Shown here: in pieces, positions 1 to 11,506 of the stretch
How positions within the stretch are numbered: position 1 is the first letter of the stretch
How the letters are laid out: every line of letters starts with the position of its first letter
DNA from: Podarcis cretensis
Lineage: Eukaryota
NCBI GenBank assembly: GCA_951804945.1
Contig: OX638149.1
Span: 93,496,001 to 93,560,000 of the forward strand
Length of the DNA: 64,000 nucleotides
Direction of reading: 5' to 3'
Position numbers and translations under genes: made by a program
Notes under the pieces: model-generated
Database searches by the model: none
Told to the model about the DNA's origin: nothing
The model's input: the letters and a program-made list of their open reading frames with translations, nothing else

Positions 1-199
1 GGGCAGGGATGGGTGACCCCTGGGAGAGGGTGCCATATTGTCCTTCACCTCAGGTAGCAAAATGTATGGGGCTGACCATGCCACTTAGCATGCAATCACC
101 AACACATTTCTGCCATGCCTTCCTGACAACTTCCTAGGAATACCTTCCTAGGAACACCCTAGAACATATTATAAGAGTCAGTAAGTAAGTATCTGGATA

Positions 200-1215
200 A
201 TGTTTAGTAGAAGTCTAGTAGAAGAATGTTTAGTAGAAGTCAACATGGATTTGTCAATAATTTTGCTAGATTAATAATATTCCTTTTTGTGATTGGGTTA
301 CCAGTTTAGTGGATTGTGGGGATGCTGCAGATGTACTTTGCCATTTCACAAAAGTCCCCTGTTATACAGTTTTTGGCTAGCAAAGTGGTGAAAAGCAGGC
401 ATGATAATAAATGAGTCAGGTGGATTAGGAGTTGGTTGGAAAACCATAGTCACAGAGTGTTCATCAATGGTTTCTAATTAAAGTGGAGGGAAATTTTGAG
501 TGGGATGCTGCAGGTGCTGTTCAATACCCATTAACCTTTTTGATCAATTACTTAGACGAGGGGTTGAAGGCAATCTATAGTTGACAGGGATAGTAACAAT
601 GAAGTGAGGAATAAAACTCAAAATGACCATGTAATTCTGGTCTCAATACACACACAAAAAGGAAATTCAACAGAGACAAATGCAAGGTTCTGCATGACAA
701 AGTAAAATATAAATGCACGTGTGTATTGTAGGGAATACCTAGTTTGGCAGCAGTACATGTGACAAGGATCTTAGGATTGCTGTTGATCATAAGCTGAAGA
801 ACAAGATGTGATACAGCGGCAAAAAAGGCTGGTGTGATTTTGGACTGCATGAATAAAGCCGTTGTTACCATAGCCTGAAAAAGAGACAATGGGGACTGTG
901 GTCAAAATAATCTTCAAATACCTGAGAAACTGTCACACATAACAAGGCAAATACTTGTTCTCTGCTACTCTCAGGGGCAGGGAAATATAGAATGTTCTTA
1001 GGTTACAGGAGGGTAGATGTTGGTTGAAACTTATTAGAGGTAAGAGCAGCTGGGCAATGAGATTCATTACCTAAGTATGTTGGGGGGGGGGTGATGGGAT
1101 CCCAGACAGAGATTGTACAGCCATTTCTTGCAGATGTTCTAGCTCTGGATTTCCTGTGAACAGGGTGTTGGACTAGATGCCCTACAAAGTCCCCTTCATT
1201 TCTTTACTTCTATAA
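200..1215 (+). mobile_element. Old, degraded CR1 LINE 3' fragment (RT region to 3' tail)
   Basis: CR1-typical segments agtcaacatggatttgtcaa, aaattcaacagagacaaatgcaaggttctgca, gatcttaggattgctgttgatcataagctg and tail gttggactagatg...ttctata. No intact ORF; boundaries approximate. Confidence 0.75.
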
Positions 1216-2133
1216 CCAGGGCACATCTGGACCGGGACTTTGGAGGGGTAGACAACTTCCCTTCCCAACTGTCAGCGCTGGGCTGCATTTTGTTTGCCTT
1301 CTGCTCTAATCAGCCAAGCAAAATATGAGTGATTTGTTGAGGGATCATGTATTGACAAGGGTGTGCTTCCTCATTTCGGCAAATGAGATGTTTATAGAAT
1401 GTTTCTAACCAGATTGTTCTCAATTTAGAGAGTACCATCTGGACAGGATGTCATAAACCTTCTGGGAATTTTTTTTTAAAAAACACCCCAAAATTTGAAT
1501 ATTTTGTTTTTTCTACAAAGGCTTTGTTGAACTCTTTGAATTTCTCTATCCCCTGAGTGCTGGCTTTTCTCCTTTGACTCACTTGCTGGTGATGATGAAA
1601 CACCAACTCACAGGTGAATACTGAACTCCCCGAGAGTGAAACTTGTTAACTTTTTAATAAGGCTTTCGGTCTATTTATAGGGTTGAGGAGCTGAGCAAGG
1701 CACAAAAATAATTGTCACACCACACCGGAGTCTTTCAGCTTGACTATAAGAGCTTTAGATACCCAAGGAGCTGACATGCTTCCCTCTCAAAACATAGCAC
1801 TCAAAGAATAGCGTGTAATGGATATACAATGGGTGAGTCAGTAACTGTCTGTATAGAGGCAGCCATTTTACTTCATGTCCATGGTCTTTGTGAGCAAACT
1901 GAACCAAAATATATCATGCAACTTGGTGTGAGGAGCTGCTTCTGAATCTGGGACTTGGAGAATTGCTGGGCAGAGATTTGGCCTACGTGCTGTCAACAAG
2001 CTTTGGCAGAAGTACAGCACAGTATGCAGATAACTTATTTGGACAATAATGGATGAAGGCAGGTCCTGTGGTAAATCATGAGCCCCGCCCCTAAAGTTAT
2101 TTTAAAGCTTTCTAAACCACCCTTCATCCAACT

Positions 2134-2532
2134 TAGGATGGGTGAATCTGTCAATTTTGGTTTTTCTCAGTTTCTCATGGTTTCAGTGTTATGTTCAGTT
2201 CTCCACATTTCATTTCATTTCAGTTTGATTTTTTTTTAAAGGTAATGAAAATTCACCAGCATTTTAGTGCCATTTCTGTATGCTATTTTGCAAAACAATT
2301 TCCTCCAACAGAATGCATTTTTGCATGTTCTTTTCACTGATATATACATTTTTATACACACTTTACCTCAGTATTTGTATTTTTGTACATAATACTTTGC
2401 AGGAGAACTGCATTGCAAGATTTGGAGAATTTTGAAGGAAGGCCATGTTTCAGCTCGTATTTGTTTCGGAAAGTGTGAATTAGGAAGGTTTCCCTTTAAA
2501 TATGAACTGAATCAAATTTCACCCCATCCCTA
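2134..2532 (+). mobile_element. Non-autonomous hAT-like element, TAGGGATG-terminus family
   Basis: Ends taggatgggtgaa / ccccatcccta; internal sequence shared with other copies in the window (7735-7924, 32502-33191, 38704-39083, 62963-63224). Confidence 0.65.
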
Positions 2533-2600
2533 TGAGACCAAAGTACAGTATACTATAAAATATGATATAATAAAACAGCTGTTGCTGAAAAGATCTAGGT

Positions 2601-2851
2601 CAGAGGTCAGCAAACTTTTTCAGCAGGGGGCCGGGCCACTGACCCTCAGACCTTGTGGGGGGCCGGAGTATATTCTGGAGGAAAAAAATGAACAAATTCC
2701 TATACCCCACAAATAACCCAGAGATGCATTTTAAATAAAAGGACACATTCTACTCATGTAAAAACATGCTGATTCCCGGACCATCCATGGGCTGGATTGA
2801 GAATGCGAATGGGCCGGATCTGGCCCCCCGGCCTTAGTTTGCCTACCCATG
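2601..2851. mobile_element. hAT/Charlie-type MITE
   Basis: Imperfect TIRs cagaggtcagcaaact / agtttgcctacccatg; exact 8-bp TSD atctaggt at 2593-2600 and 2852-2859. Confidence 0.85.
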
Positions 2852-4152
2852 ATCTAGGTGTTACTATAAAAGCTTCCTGTTCAGCCTTGATCTCTGCCCA
2901 GTGGCAGCTGTTCTATTAGGGCAAATGGTGTGCTGCCCTGACAGCCTCAACCTGCCCTCACCTGCCTGCCTTCATACATTCAACCAGTCCAGTAAGTGCC
3001 ACTGCCTGTTAGCTTTCTCCTCCTTAGTGTTGCCCTTGTACAATTCAGCAGGAAGGATGATGCGGACAAAATTAGAATTATTTGCTTGTGCCTATCATTG
3101 GCTCTGGCACCATCTACTGCCTTCCACCCTACTACTCCAAATGTGCACCAGCAAACCACTGCCTCTGCCTGAGCAGAAGGGGGCTGTGCTAATGTTTCCT
3201 ATCTCTTGAGGTTGGCCTAGTTCATGCCACCTGGCCTTGCCACCTGACTTGGCAGGAGCTGGGTTTGATGACTGGCCAGCCAGGCCTAGTGAGCAGAAGC
3301 TTGTGAAACAAGTCCTCCTTGTTTCTTAAGGGGACACCCAAACAGATCGCCTTGCGGTAGTGTTGGTGGAATAGCTACATGGCGTTGGCTTTTGGTTTGG
3401 GCCTCTGCAGTGGTTAGAAAGCAAAAGGGGCTGCCTGCATGGGGATTCTAAATCTACTTCAAATGTAGCAGGCCAAGAATTAAATTAAGGGCCTGTTCAC
3501 ATAGCTGTATAAGCTGGCAATACTGACTTCATAGCCATGTTAACTGCCATTTAGCTTTTTGGCAGCCCACCACAAGCACTCAAGAAGCACAGGGTTTCTG
3601 GTGGTGTGCCCAAAGCCAACATGGTCTGACTTCAGTCTGAGCCAGTGAAATGAGCACATCCACCTCACCACAGGCTGACGTGGTTGGCAGTCAGTGTGGC
3701 TTGAGTTGACTGACTGAAAACCACAGCACATAAAAGGATGGTACAAAGTAGGCATTCGTTTTGCTACCTGGCTTTCAAGGGAGGAAGGTATCTATCTGAA
3801 ATATAATCTGGTGTGAAGTGAATGAATGTGTGACACCAAGAAATCGTATGCCACAACAAAAGACGTAAGTCTGTAATTAAACCTGTGTGTTTGCCACTAG
3901 TTCAAGAAATGTGGGATACGGCTATACAGCTGCAAATAAAACGTTTTAAGTGTGTTTTAAGTGCAATAAACAATGTGACACTAGATGACGATGGTGAGCC
4001 TAATGGAAAATTCAATGTATTTTTTAAAACACGTTTTTTTAAAAAAGCATTTTCAGAATGTTTTTTATATGTGTGTAGATTCCACCGTGGTCTCATACTA
4101 ACACCAGCAAAATCTTGCTCCTCTCTCACATAACATTCTTTAGGCTCCCCCA

Positions 4153-4192
4153 GCACGCACGCGCGCGCGCGCGCGCACACACACACACACAC
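4153..4192. repeat. (CG)n-(CA)n alternating purine-pyrimidine microsatellite
   Basis: gcacgcacgcgcgcgcgcgcgcacacacacacacacac read directly. Confidence 0.95.
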
Positions 4193-4621
4193 TCTGTATT
4201 GCTTGGGAAATGAATACTTGAATACCTCTTTCCTCATAATGACAGGCTTGGCTTCAACATCTCATAGGTGTTCTCTGCATGAACACTGAAAGCATTTTAG
4301 GAGTGACATGATAATATCTCCCCCTGCCCCTCCACTGACAAAGGTACACTATCTAATTTCCATCTATTAAATGGAGACGGGAATAGCCTTGTGGAGAGAG
4401 CTTTAATCCCTTAAATGATCCCTGAGAAACATTAGCTGCTTATTTCTTTAATTAGACATTTGCTTCCTTATGCTTCCAGTTGTTTAAGCAGCCACTTAAC
4501 ATAAGACAATCTGTCCTGTTATCATTTATACAGAAGGTGAACAGTCTGCAGGCTGTTTGCTGCAGTACAGTATATAAACATTTACCCCTGACCTATGCAT
4601 TGTATACTTAGCTTAGAATAC

Positions 4622-4759
4622 AGCCATCAGTTGGTAGGGCATGAGGCTCTTCATCTCAGGGTCGTGGGTTTCAGCCCCACATTGGGAAAAAGATTCCTTC
4701 ATTGCAGGGGTTGGACTAGGTGACCCTCATGGTCCTTTCCAGCTCTACTATTCTATGAG
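4622..4759 (+). mobile_element. tRNA-Lys(CTT)-derived SINE with CR1 3' tail
   Basis: Head tcagttggtagggcatgaggctcttcatctcagggtcgtgggtttcagccccacattggg resembles tRNA-Lys-CTT; tail cattgcagggggttggactaggtgaccc...ttctatga is CR1-like. Confidence 0.8.
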
Positions 4760-5038
4760 TCTAATTTCCAAACTCTACACACCAAAACATTGAAAATAAT
4801 AAAATGGTGCCACCTGCTGGATGTCTCTGCACAGCTTAATCTGCTGAATTCCTTACACTTCTCTAGAGAGGTGTCTTTAATACACCACCTATTTGCAAAT
4901 AAGCCTTGGTTATTGGAAAATAATGGAGAGGACGCCTCAGATGACTCTGCTAGAATACAAGGCTACTGCATATGATATGAAATATGAATCAAAGACATTA
5001 ATATAACCCACAAAAGCTCTTTCCGCATGCAGATATCT

Positions 5039-5042
5039 AAAA

Positions 5043-5077
<35 letters not shown>

Positions 5078-5078
5078 A
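5039..5078. repeat. (TAAA)n microsatellite
   Basis: Direct tandem repeat. Confidence 0.95.
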
Positions 5079-6599
5079 ACATCATTTTGTATTGCATATG
5101 CGGAAGCCACACTGAGTACAGATATAGAACATTATGCAATAATTGCCTAGTAAAGATCTGAAGAATCCATGCACATTGTGCATGAAATGCAGGATGCTTG
5201 TAGGACTGAATCATTGCATTTCGGCTTCTTCCTTAAACACCCAATAGTTCTCATGAATTCTAATCTGTCTCAGGTGCTACTGCTGAAAATGCTTGGTATG
5301 AATTCTGTACTGGGTCACACTGGCACAGATACTGACCGTAGCCTGTTCTGATGTGATGCCTTATCCATAAGAGGTTTTTTAAAATATGTATATAATGAAT
5401 CAAAGCATAGGACATACGTGTCCACATATTTGTCCATACACATCACATTGTACATGAAACTCTCAAGGGCAGTTTACATAGGGTTGTCATACGTCCAGAA
5501 TTGTCAGGATTCGGCCATTGGGTGGAAATTGCTTAAATGTCTGGAAAACTAACTTTGCCTAGAAAGCTCAACAAGTTTTGTTTTCACTTTTTGAAATATG
5601 GCAACCCAACAATCATGACAGCTTGTCTGTGTGCCTCTCCAATCGGATCCTTTTAAATTTGTAAAGCTTTTAAAATTTCCATCATGACCTTCCCTTGTAA
5701 GGGTTAAGATCAAACAAGGTGCACTTGTGAGTTTGATGTACACACATACTGATGTTCATGAGCCCTGTGCCCTTGCCCTTTGTTTTGTGACTGGAGTAAC
5801 TGTTTCATTCATCACAACTGTGTCATAAAAGTTTTGGCATCCTGCTGTCACTATAGCCCTCCCACCCCAGTTCCCATGTATAAGAAACCTTGCTGGGGAG
5901 AGAAACAGTTGGGAACTGAAGTGGCTTGTTGAGGATTATTTAAATTTTGGCAGAGAGGTGCGCACCAGCACTGAAACACCGGAGCAATAACTTGGCAAGC
6001 GGTGGGAGCAGAATGTACATGCATTCTGTAAAGGAAATGTTTGGCCTGATGGCAAAAGGCCCAAAGGTATTGCTCTATTTTCCAGCAGGGACTGAAAACA
6101 GAATATTCCATTTTCTGGAATATTCTGCAGTAAAAGAACGTATCTGGAGTAATACAAATTTTGTACTGACATTGCTAAATGGTTCAATAGGATCAGCTGA
6201 TCACCAGTTGGAGAAACTTTGGCTAGCTTTTTCTTTTTTCTTTGAATGTGCAGCATGATCCTTCTAAACAGATTTGAATTCCATGATGTTTATTTAGGGA
6301 TTTATTCCCTGGTAATGGTGCTTACTACTGAGGCCTGAGGGGGGCTCATGGAGACAAAGAACTGCAGCTGTATAAGAAAGAGCAATGCAACATTTGCTGA
6401 ACCACAGATATGGCTGGTAATGAAGTTACAAACACAAGTGATGCATTAAATAGAATTCTATCTGACACCTTATCTGTCTATTGTAATATCCAGATTTCAT
6501 TTTATTGGAGATCACTTCAGCTTGTTCCACGGTGGTTGGGAAGCTGATATGTTTTAATGGAATCCAAACCCTCAACCCTATAAAACCTTTGAGCTTACA

Positions 6600-7332
6600 A
6601 AGCCTTAAACGGCTTGGGAGCACAATACCTCACAGACCATCTCTCATCTGAGGCCCTTCTTCATGTCCCTCTTCTGCAAGACATTTAGAGGGCAGTTACA
6701 CAAGAACATATCTTTTCTGCAGTGGCTCTGCATTTGTGGAATGCTCTCCCCAGGAAGGATGCGGGTGGTGCTGTGGGTTAAACCACAGAGCCTAGGACTT
6801 GCCGATCAGAAGGTTGGCGGTTCAAATCCCCATGACGGGGTGAGCTCCCGTTGCTCAGTCCCTGCTCCTGTCAACCTAGTAGTTTGAAAGAACGTAAAAA
6901 TGCAAGTAGATAAATAGGTACCGCTCTGGCAGGAAGGTAAACGGCGTTTCTGTGCGCTGCTCTGGTTCGCCAGAAGCGGCTTAGTCATGCTGGCCACATG
7001 ACCTGGAAGCTGTATGCCAGCTCCCTCGGCCAATAAAGCGAGATGAGTGCGCAACCCCAGAGTCGGCCACGACTGGACCTAATGGTCAGGGGTCCCTTTA
7101 CCTTTACCTTTTACTCCCCAGGAAGGCTCACCTGACACCTGTTTAGGTGCCAGGCAAAACATTCCTCTTCTCCCAGACCTTTGGCTAATTAAATACTCTA
7201 CGGCCTTTCAAACTGTGTACAAGGAGGTTGTTGTTTTGTTTGCTATTATTTTATGTATTTTTGTGTTTTTATACTGTAAAGTGCCCTGTGATCCTCAGAT
7301 GAAGGGCAGTGTATAAATTAAATAAATAATAA
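6600..7332 (+). mobile_element. L2-type LINE 3' fragment interrupted by a Sauria SINE
   Basis: tttgtggaatgctctcccc...aaaacattcctcttctcccagacctttg...gccctgtgatcctcagatgaagggcagtgtataaatta, then an AAT tail; a related fragment lies at ~38185-38370. Confidence 0.6.
6757..7113 (+). mobile_element. Sauria SINE (full length)
   Basis: Head ggatgcgggtggtgctgtgggttaaaccacagagcc, core gtagataaataggtaccgc, BovB-like agagtcggccacgactgg, (ACCTTT)n tail; TSD ctccccaggaa at 6746-6756 and 7114-7124. Confidence 0.92.
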
Positions 7333-10300
7333 CAGCAACCCACTTTTCGCTATATCTGCCAAGGACCCTGAGCCGCTCCATATGTCTTTTTTATTGTGCA
7401 TTCTTGATTATTTGTGCTCATCATGGTGTCGGGGCAGTTATATGTGATCCCACTTTCAATATCGTTCATATTTCCTGCAGTTTTGGGGTGAAAATACTGC
7501 TACATTGCCAGTCATTGCATGCCCCATAATGTCCTGCTGAAATCTTGTAAGTTTTCGTGTCACAAATGTTCCAGGGGTTTTTGTGTATGTGTGTCCCCCT
7601 TTTATTGTGCTATAGCATTAGAGTGTCCTTCACTGTCAATAGTTAGAAGATCTTGAAGGTGGCAGTAGCAACCCATTATTAAAGCGCACATTGAAAGATG
7701 AACCTACCTAATTCACACTGAGGGAAACAATAAGCAACCTGGAAAACTGCCAACCTTCAACATTCACATTTCCAATTTTTGCAAAGCCGTTCTGCAGTCA
7801 AGCAATGCATCTATAGGGTAATGTGTGCGTTAAGATGCATTTACTAGCAAAAAACAATACAGAAACGCATTGAGTTAGGGGAAATTCCTTTGTCAACTGA
7901 AATTGACAAGTTCACCCATCCCTACCTGAAAGTACTTCCCAGTTTGTCACATCTGTATTGTTATGAGTTTGGGAGTGCTAACCTCCCTAAATTCCTGGAT
8001 CCAGTCAGTGTTAGAATTTAATCACTGTTTGGGATGTTAAGCTGGATGCTAGGCACTACTAATCTCTTGATTCAGCAAGTGCTAAAAGCTAATCAAGCCT
8101 GGCTACCCTCCTGGGTGATGGACCAATAACAAAGGATCAAAGGGATTGTGCTATATACCAGATGGGTGGGGACCCCCCCCCATCAGATAAAGCAGCAAGC
8201 TGGAGAGGGAGAGAAATATTCGATTTCTGTTTGAATCCATCATAGGCTCAGGTTGTATATATGTGTAAATAAACCATATATCATAAAGACACCACAGTCC
8301 CCACTGTGCCTCATTCGAAAAGGAAGTACGAACCATGGGTAAATGCTGGAACCCCTGGAATCTTGCACTGCTTGGAGAGTGGGGTGGTATGCAACACTGG
8401 TTCCTGAAGGAAATTGGGACAGTGTGCAACGGAATTTTATAACGCCAACTGAATGGCCACAACTTAGCAGCCAGGGTTTTACAGCTATGCAAAGCATGTG
8501 CTCAGGTATAACTGAGGCATTACCTACAAAAGGCATAGGAGCTAAGCCACACTAAAGCGGCAGACAATCCATGTGTTGTAATAACTCATACTCATGTTAG
8601 TTTTCCTTATGTATGATACTCCCTAGGGACACTTTTAATTGCCACCTGTTAGATTTAGAATGAGGTTGGGCTGTATCACATATCTTCAGGGCTGGATCTG
8701 GTTTGCAGAGTGCCAGTTGGCTACTCCAGTCTAGGGTTCTTCCAGACAGGTGTTTATTGTGGGCTTGTTGCTGCTCATTGATGAAATAAATAAATAATTT
8801 AAAACCCTTTTGCAGCATCCACATCCGTAGGATTGAAAATACCATCCTATATTTCCCCATTTAATCAGGATTTATGCTTTCGGTGGAAAATCCGATAAGT
8901 TTTAAAAAAACAACCTGTTGCCAACAATCTGTTTGTGACATCAAAACAACCCATTTGCAGTATTAAGCCTTCATGTGGAAGTCACCCAAGAATGTTTCTC
9001 TCTGTTTTCCTTGAAATATCTGTGACCAGTGCTTATACTCATAGGGTGGCTAGAAAAGTACTCAAACATCAAATTACTCAGGGGTTGTTGCTTCTTGTTG
9101 TTGTCCTACACTTCAGCTGAGGGTCACTGAATGCAACAGTGATAGATCACGTCTGGTAGGGGCTGAGAAGCCTTCTGCATGTTGATTACACAACAATTTT
9201 GGGAACTGCACTTCAGGGCGATCATTACTCATCCAGGAAGCAACTTAGCCCAAATGTCCTTGAAATGTTTCCAAATTTTATTCTGGATACTTTACAATGT
9301 CTGCCAGTGTGTGTGTGTGTGTGTTTGTATTTGATTGTGATTTGGAAAAACAAAACAAAAAGAGGATTTGGGATTTGGCTCAGCCTATCTGGTAAAATCT
9401 AAAACGTACATTTGTGACTTGCTGTGCTTGTTCCATAAGGTGGCGTTCATGTTTAGTGCAGGATTTTAAAAACAAGGGCTTTGAAAAGACTGGTTGATGC
9501 ACTCTGCTATGCAGAATCATTCACTAGGAATGGAATCAATGCAGACCAGCTGATATAGCTGAATGTTTGGTTCTTGATTTAAACTGATCCTCAGAAGAAA
9601 ATTTACAGTATTACTTTGAAGATTTATACATTCCATGTTGCTCTTTTTTCCCCCTCTTCAGAAATGGCAAATGCTGTTGTTTCAATATTTCCCAGTTATG
9701 TGACAAATTAAGGCAAAGTCATTGGATCATAAAAGGCTGGTAATAATCACCTATAATTGCTTTCATGTGTTACCTATGCATGAGAAAAATATTTTACTTT
9801 TTTTTATAAAGGAGGAAATACTATTATTCTCACAAGTCCCAATCCACCCCCTCCCATCTGTGTTAAAAATACATGGTCTCTCCTTAGTTAATCAGCAAAT
9901 TTATTAAGACCTGCATTTTGCCATTTGGTAAATGTACGATAGCTCATTTTTGTCCCAGTCAGCTCTCCCAATGCTCGGGGTTGAAGTTGAGAAACTTCAA
10001 AGTTCCTGCTGTCCTTATTATGGTTCCATATCTTTAAACTGGACTCTGACAGCCCTTTAAACAAAGGACTGGATTCTGTCAAGTAGTACAGATGGCCACC
10101 TTAGGCCATCTAATCTCTATTTTTGACCTACCATTCAGGGATGGCGTGAAGATAAAATCAGATATATACCTATGTCTAATGCCCTGAACTCCTTGAACAA
10201 AGGGCTGAATGCAACTAGGGCTACAATCCTAGGTCACAAAGAACCCAGGGAACAGCTGTTTGTTAAGGGGGCTGGGAATTGTAGCTCTCTGAGGGGTTAA

Positions 10301-10599
10301 CTACCATTCCCATGATTCTCTGGGGGGAAGTGATGTACTTTAAATGTGTGTTAAAAGTGTATTAAATGTATGGTGTAGATGTGATCCTATTCTCATTCAT
10401 TGGGCAGTAAGTTCCTTTGAACTCATTGTGGACATGTAATGGATTACGCTGTAAAAAGGATTAATAAATGGTGATTCTCATACACCTATGTTTTCTGGGT
10501 GTCCTATTGTTTTGGGAACCCAAGGCCATTTCAGTATCTTCCTTCCTTCCTTCCTTCCTTCCTTCTAATTATATCCCTCCCCCCTTTCTGCAAGGAGCT

Positions 10600-10771
10600 C
10601 AAGAGCACTCCACATCCCCATTTAATCCCCACAACAAACCTGTGTGGTAGATTAGGCTGAGAGGCAGAGACTGGCCCAATATCACTCAGTCATTTCATAA
10701 TTGAGTGGGGGATTCAAACTCTGGTCTCCCAGGTCCTAGTCCAGCTCTCTATCCACTACACCACACTGGCT
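10600..10771 (-). mobile_element. MIR/L2-related tRNA SINE remnant
   Basis: Minus strand reads gccagtgtggtgtagtggatagag...ggactaggacctgggagaccagagtttgaatcccc; similar remnants at ~20510-20645 and ~30990-31125. Confidence 0.65.
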
Positions 10772-11506
10772 ATAGGCCTTGTTCTTTTCCATTTCCTTTT
10801 CACCACAAAACTGAAACTGAAAGTCATTTATTACTACCAAACAAGCCAATACGTTCTCAGATGAGAAAGAGATTGCCGCTAGAGGGGAGGATTTACAATT
10901 ATAACCTCATCTTCCAAGTGACTGATCATGTTGCCATGGGATGGACATCCTGTCAAACAGATCTACAGTTAACAAGGAGACTCTTTCATTATGGTTGGCA
11001 CTGTGACTTTAGCTTTGCTTTTAATGCCACTGCAGAGGTGTTTTCCATATCGCCCAGTCAGCGCTTTTGCATACGCCCTGTCTCTTTCAACCACTCAGAA
11101 GCAAAACGATATCAAAGGGACATGAGCAAAACACCACCATCAACCCACATCAGTGCTGATTCTGTTCAGAGGGCTCAAAACAGCAGTTCTTACATTGCTG
11201 ACAAATAAGCTCTCAAGCAAGGGAACAGAATAGGGTGGTTCTACATTTTTTCAGGTAAAATCCTGCTCCCCGATCTGTCAGTTAAATGATAACTAGACTC
11301 TTAAGAGCCTAGGCTAGTGAGGTTTGGTTGCTCCTTTGAAATAGTAATTCCTTTATCTTTCAGTGATGTTTCAAAAAGATGCAGCATCAGGCTAAATCAG
11401 ACAGTAAACATGTCATTGTGTTTCATGTTTAAGAACAAATAGACAGGGGTGAAGAACATGCCCCCCCCCAGATGTTGTTGGACTTTAACTCCTGCTAACC
11501 ACAGCC

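Noticed and set aside
4622-4700. tRNA genes (also 17439, 17584, 21280-21348, 36510, 55994, 58030-58100)
   Set aside because: Stems and anticodon arms are mutated, and each is fused to a LINE-derived tail, so these are SINE heads.
10705-11208. 167-aa ORF
   Set aside because: Starts at a non-ATG codon inside a SINE remnant; no recognisable domain or supporting exon structure.
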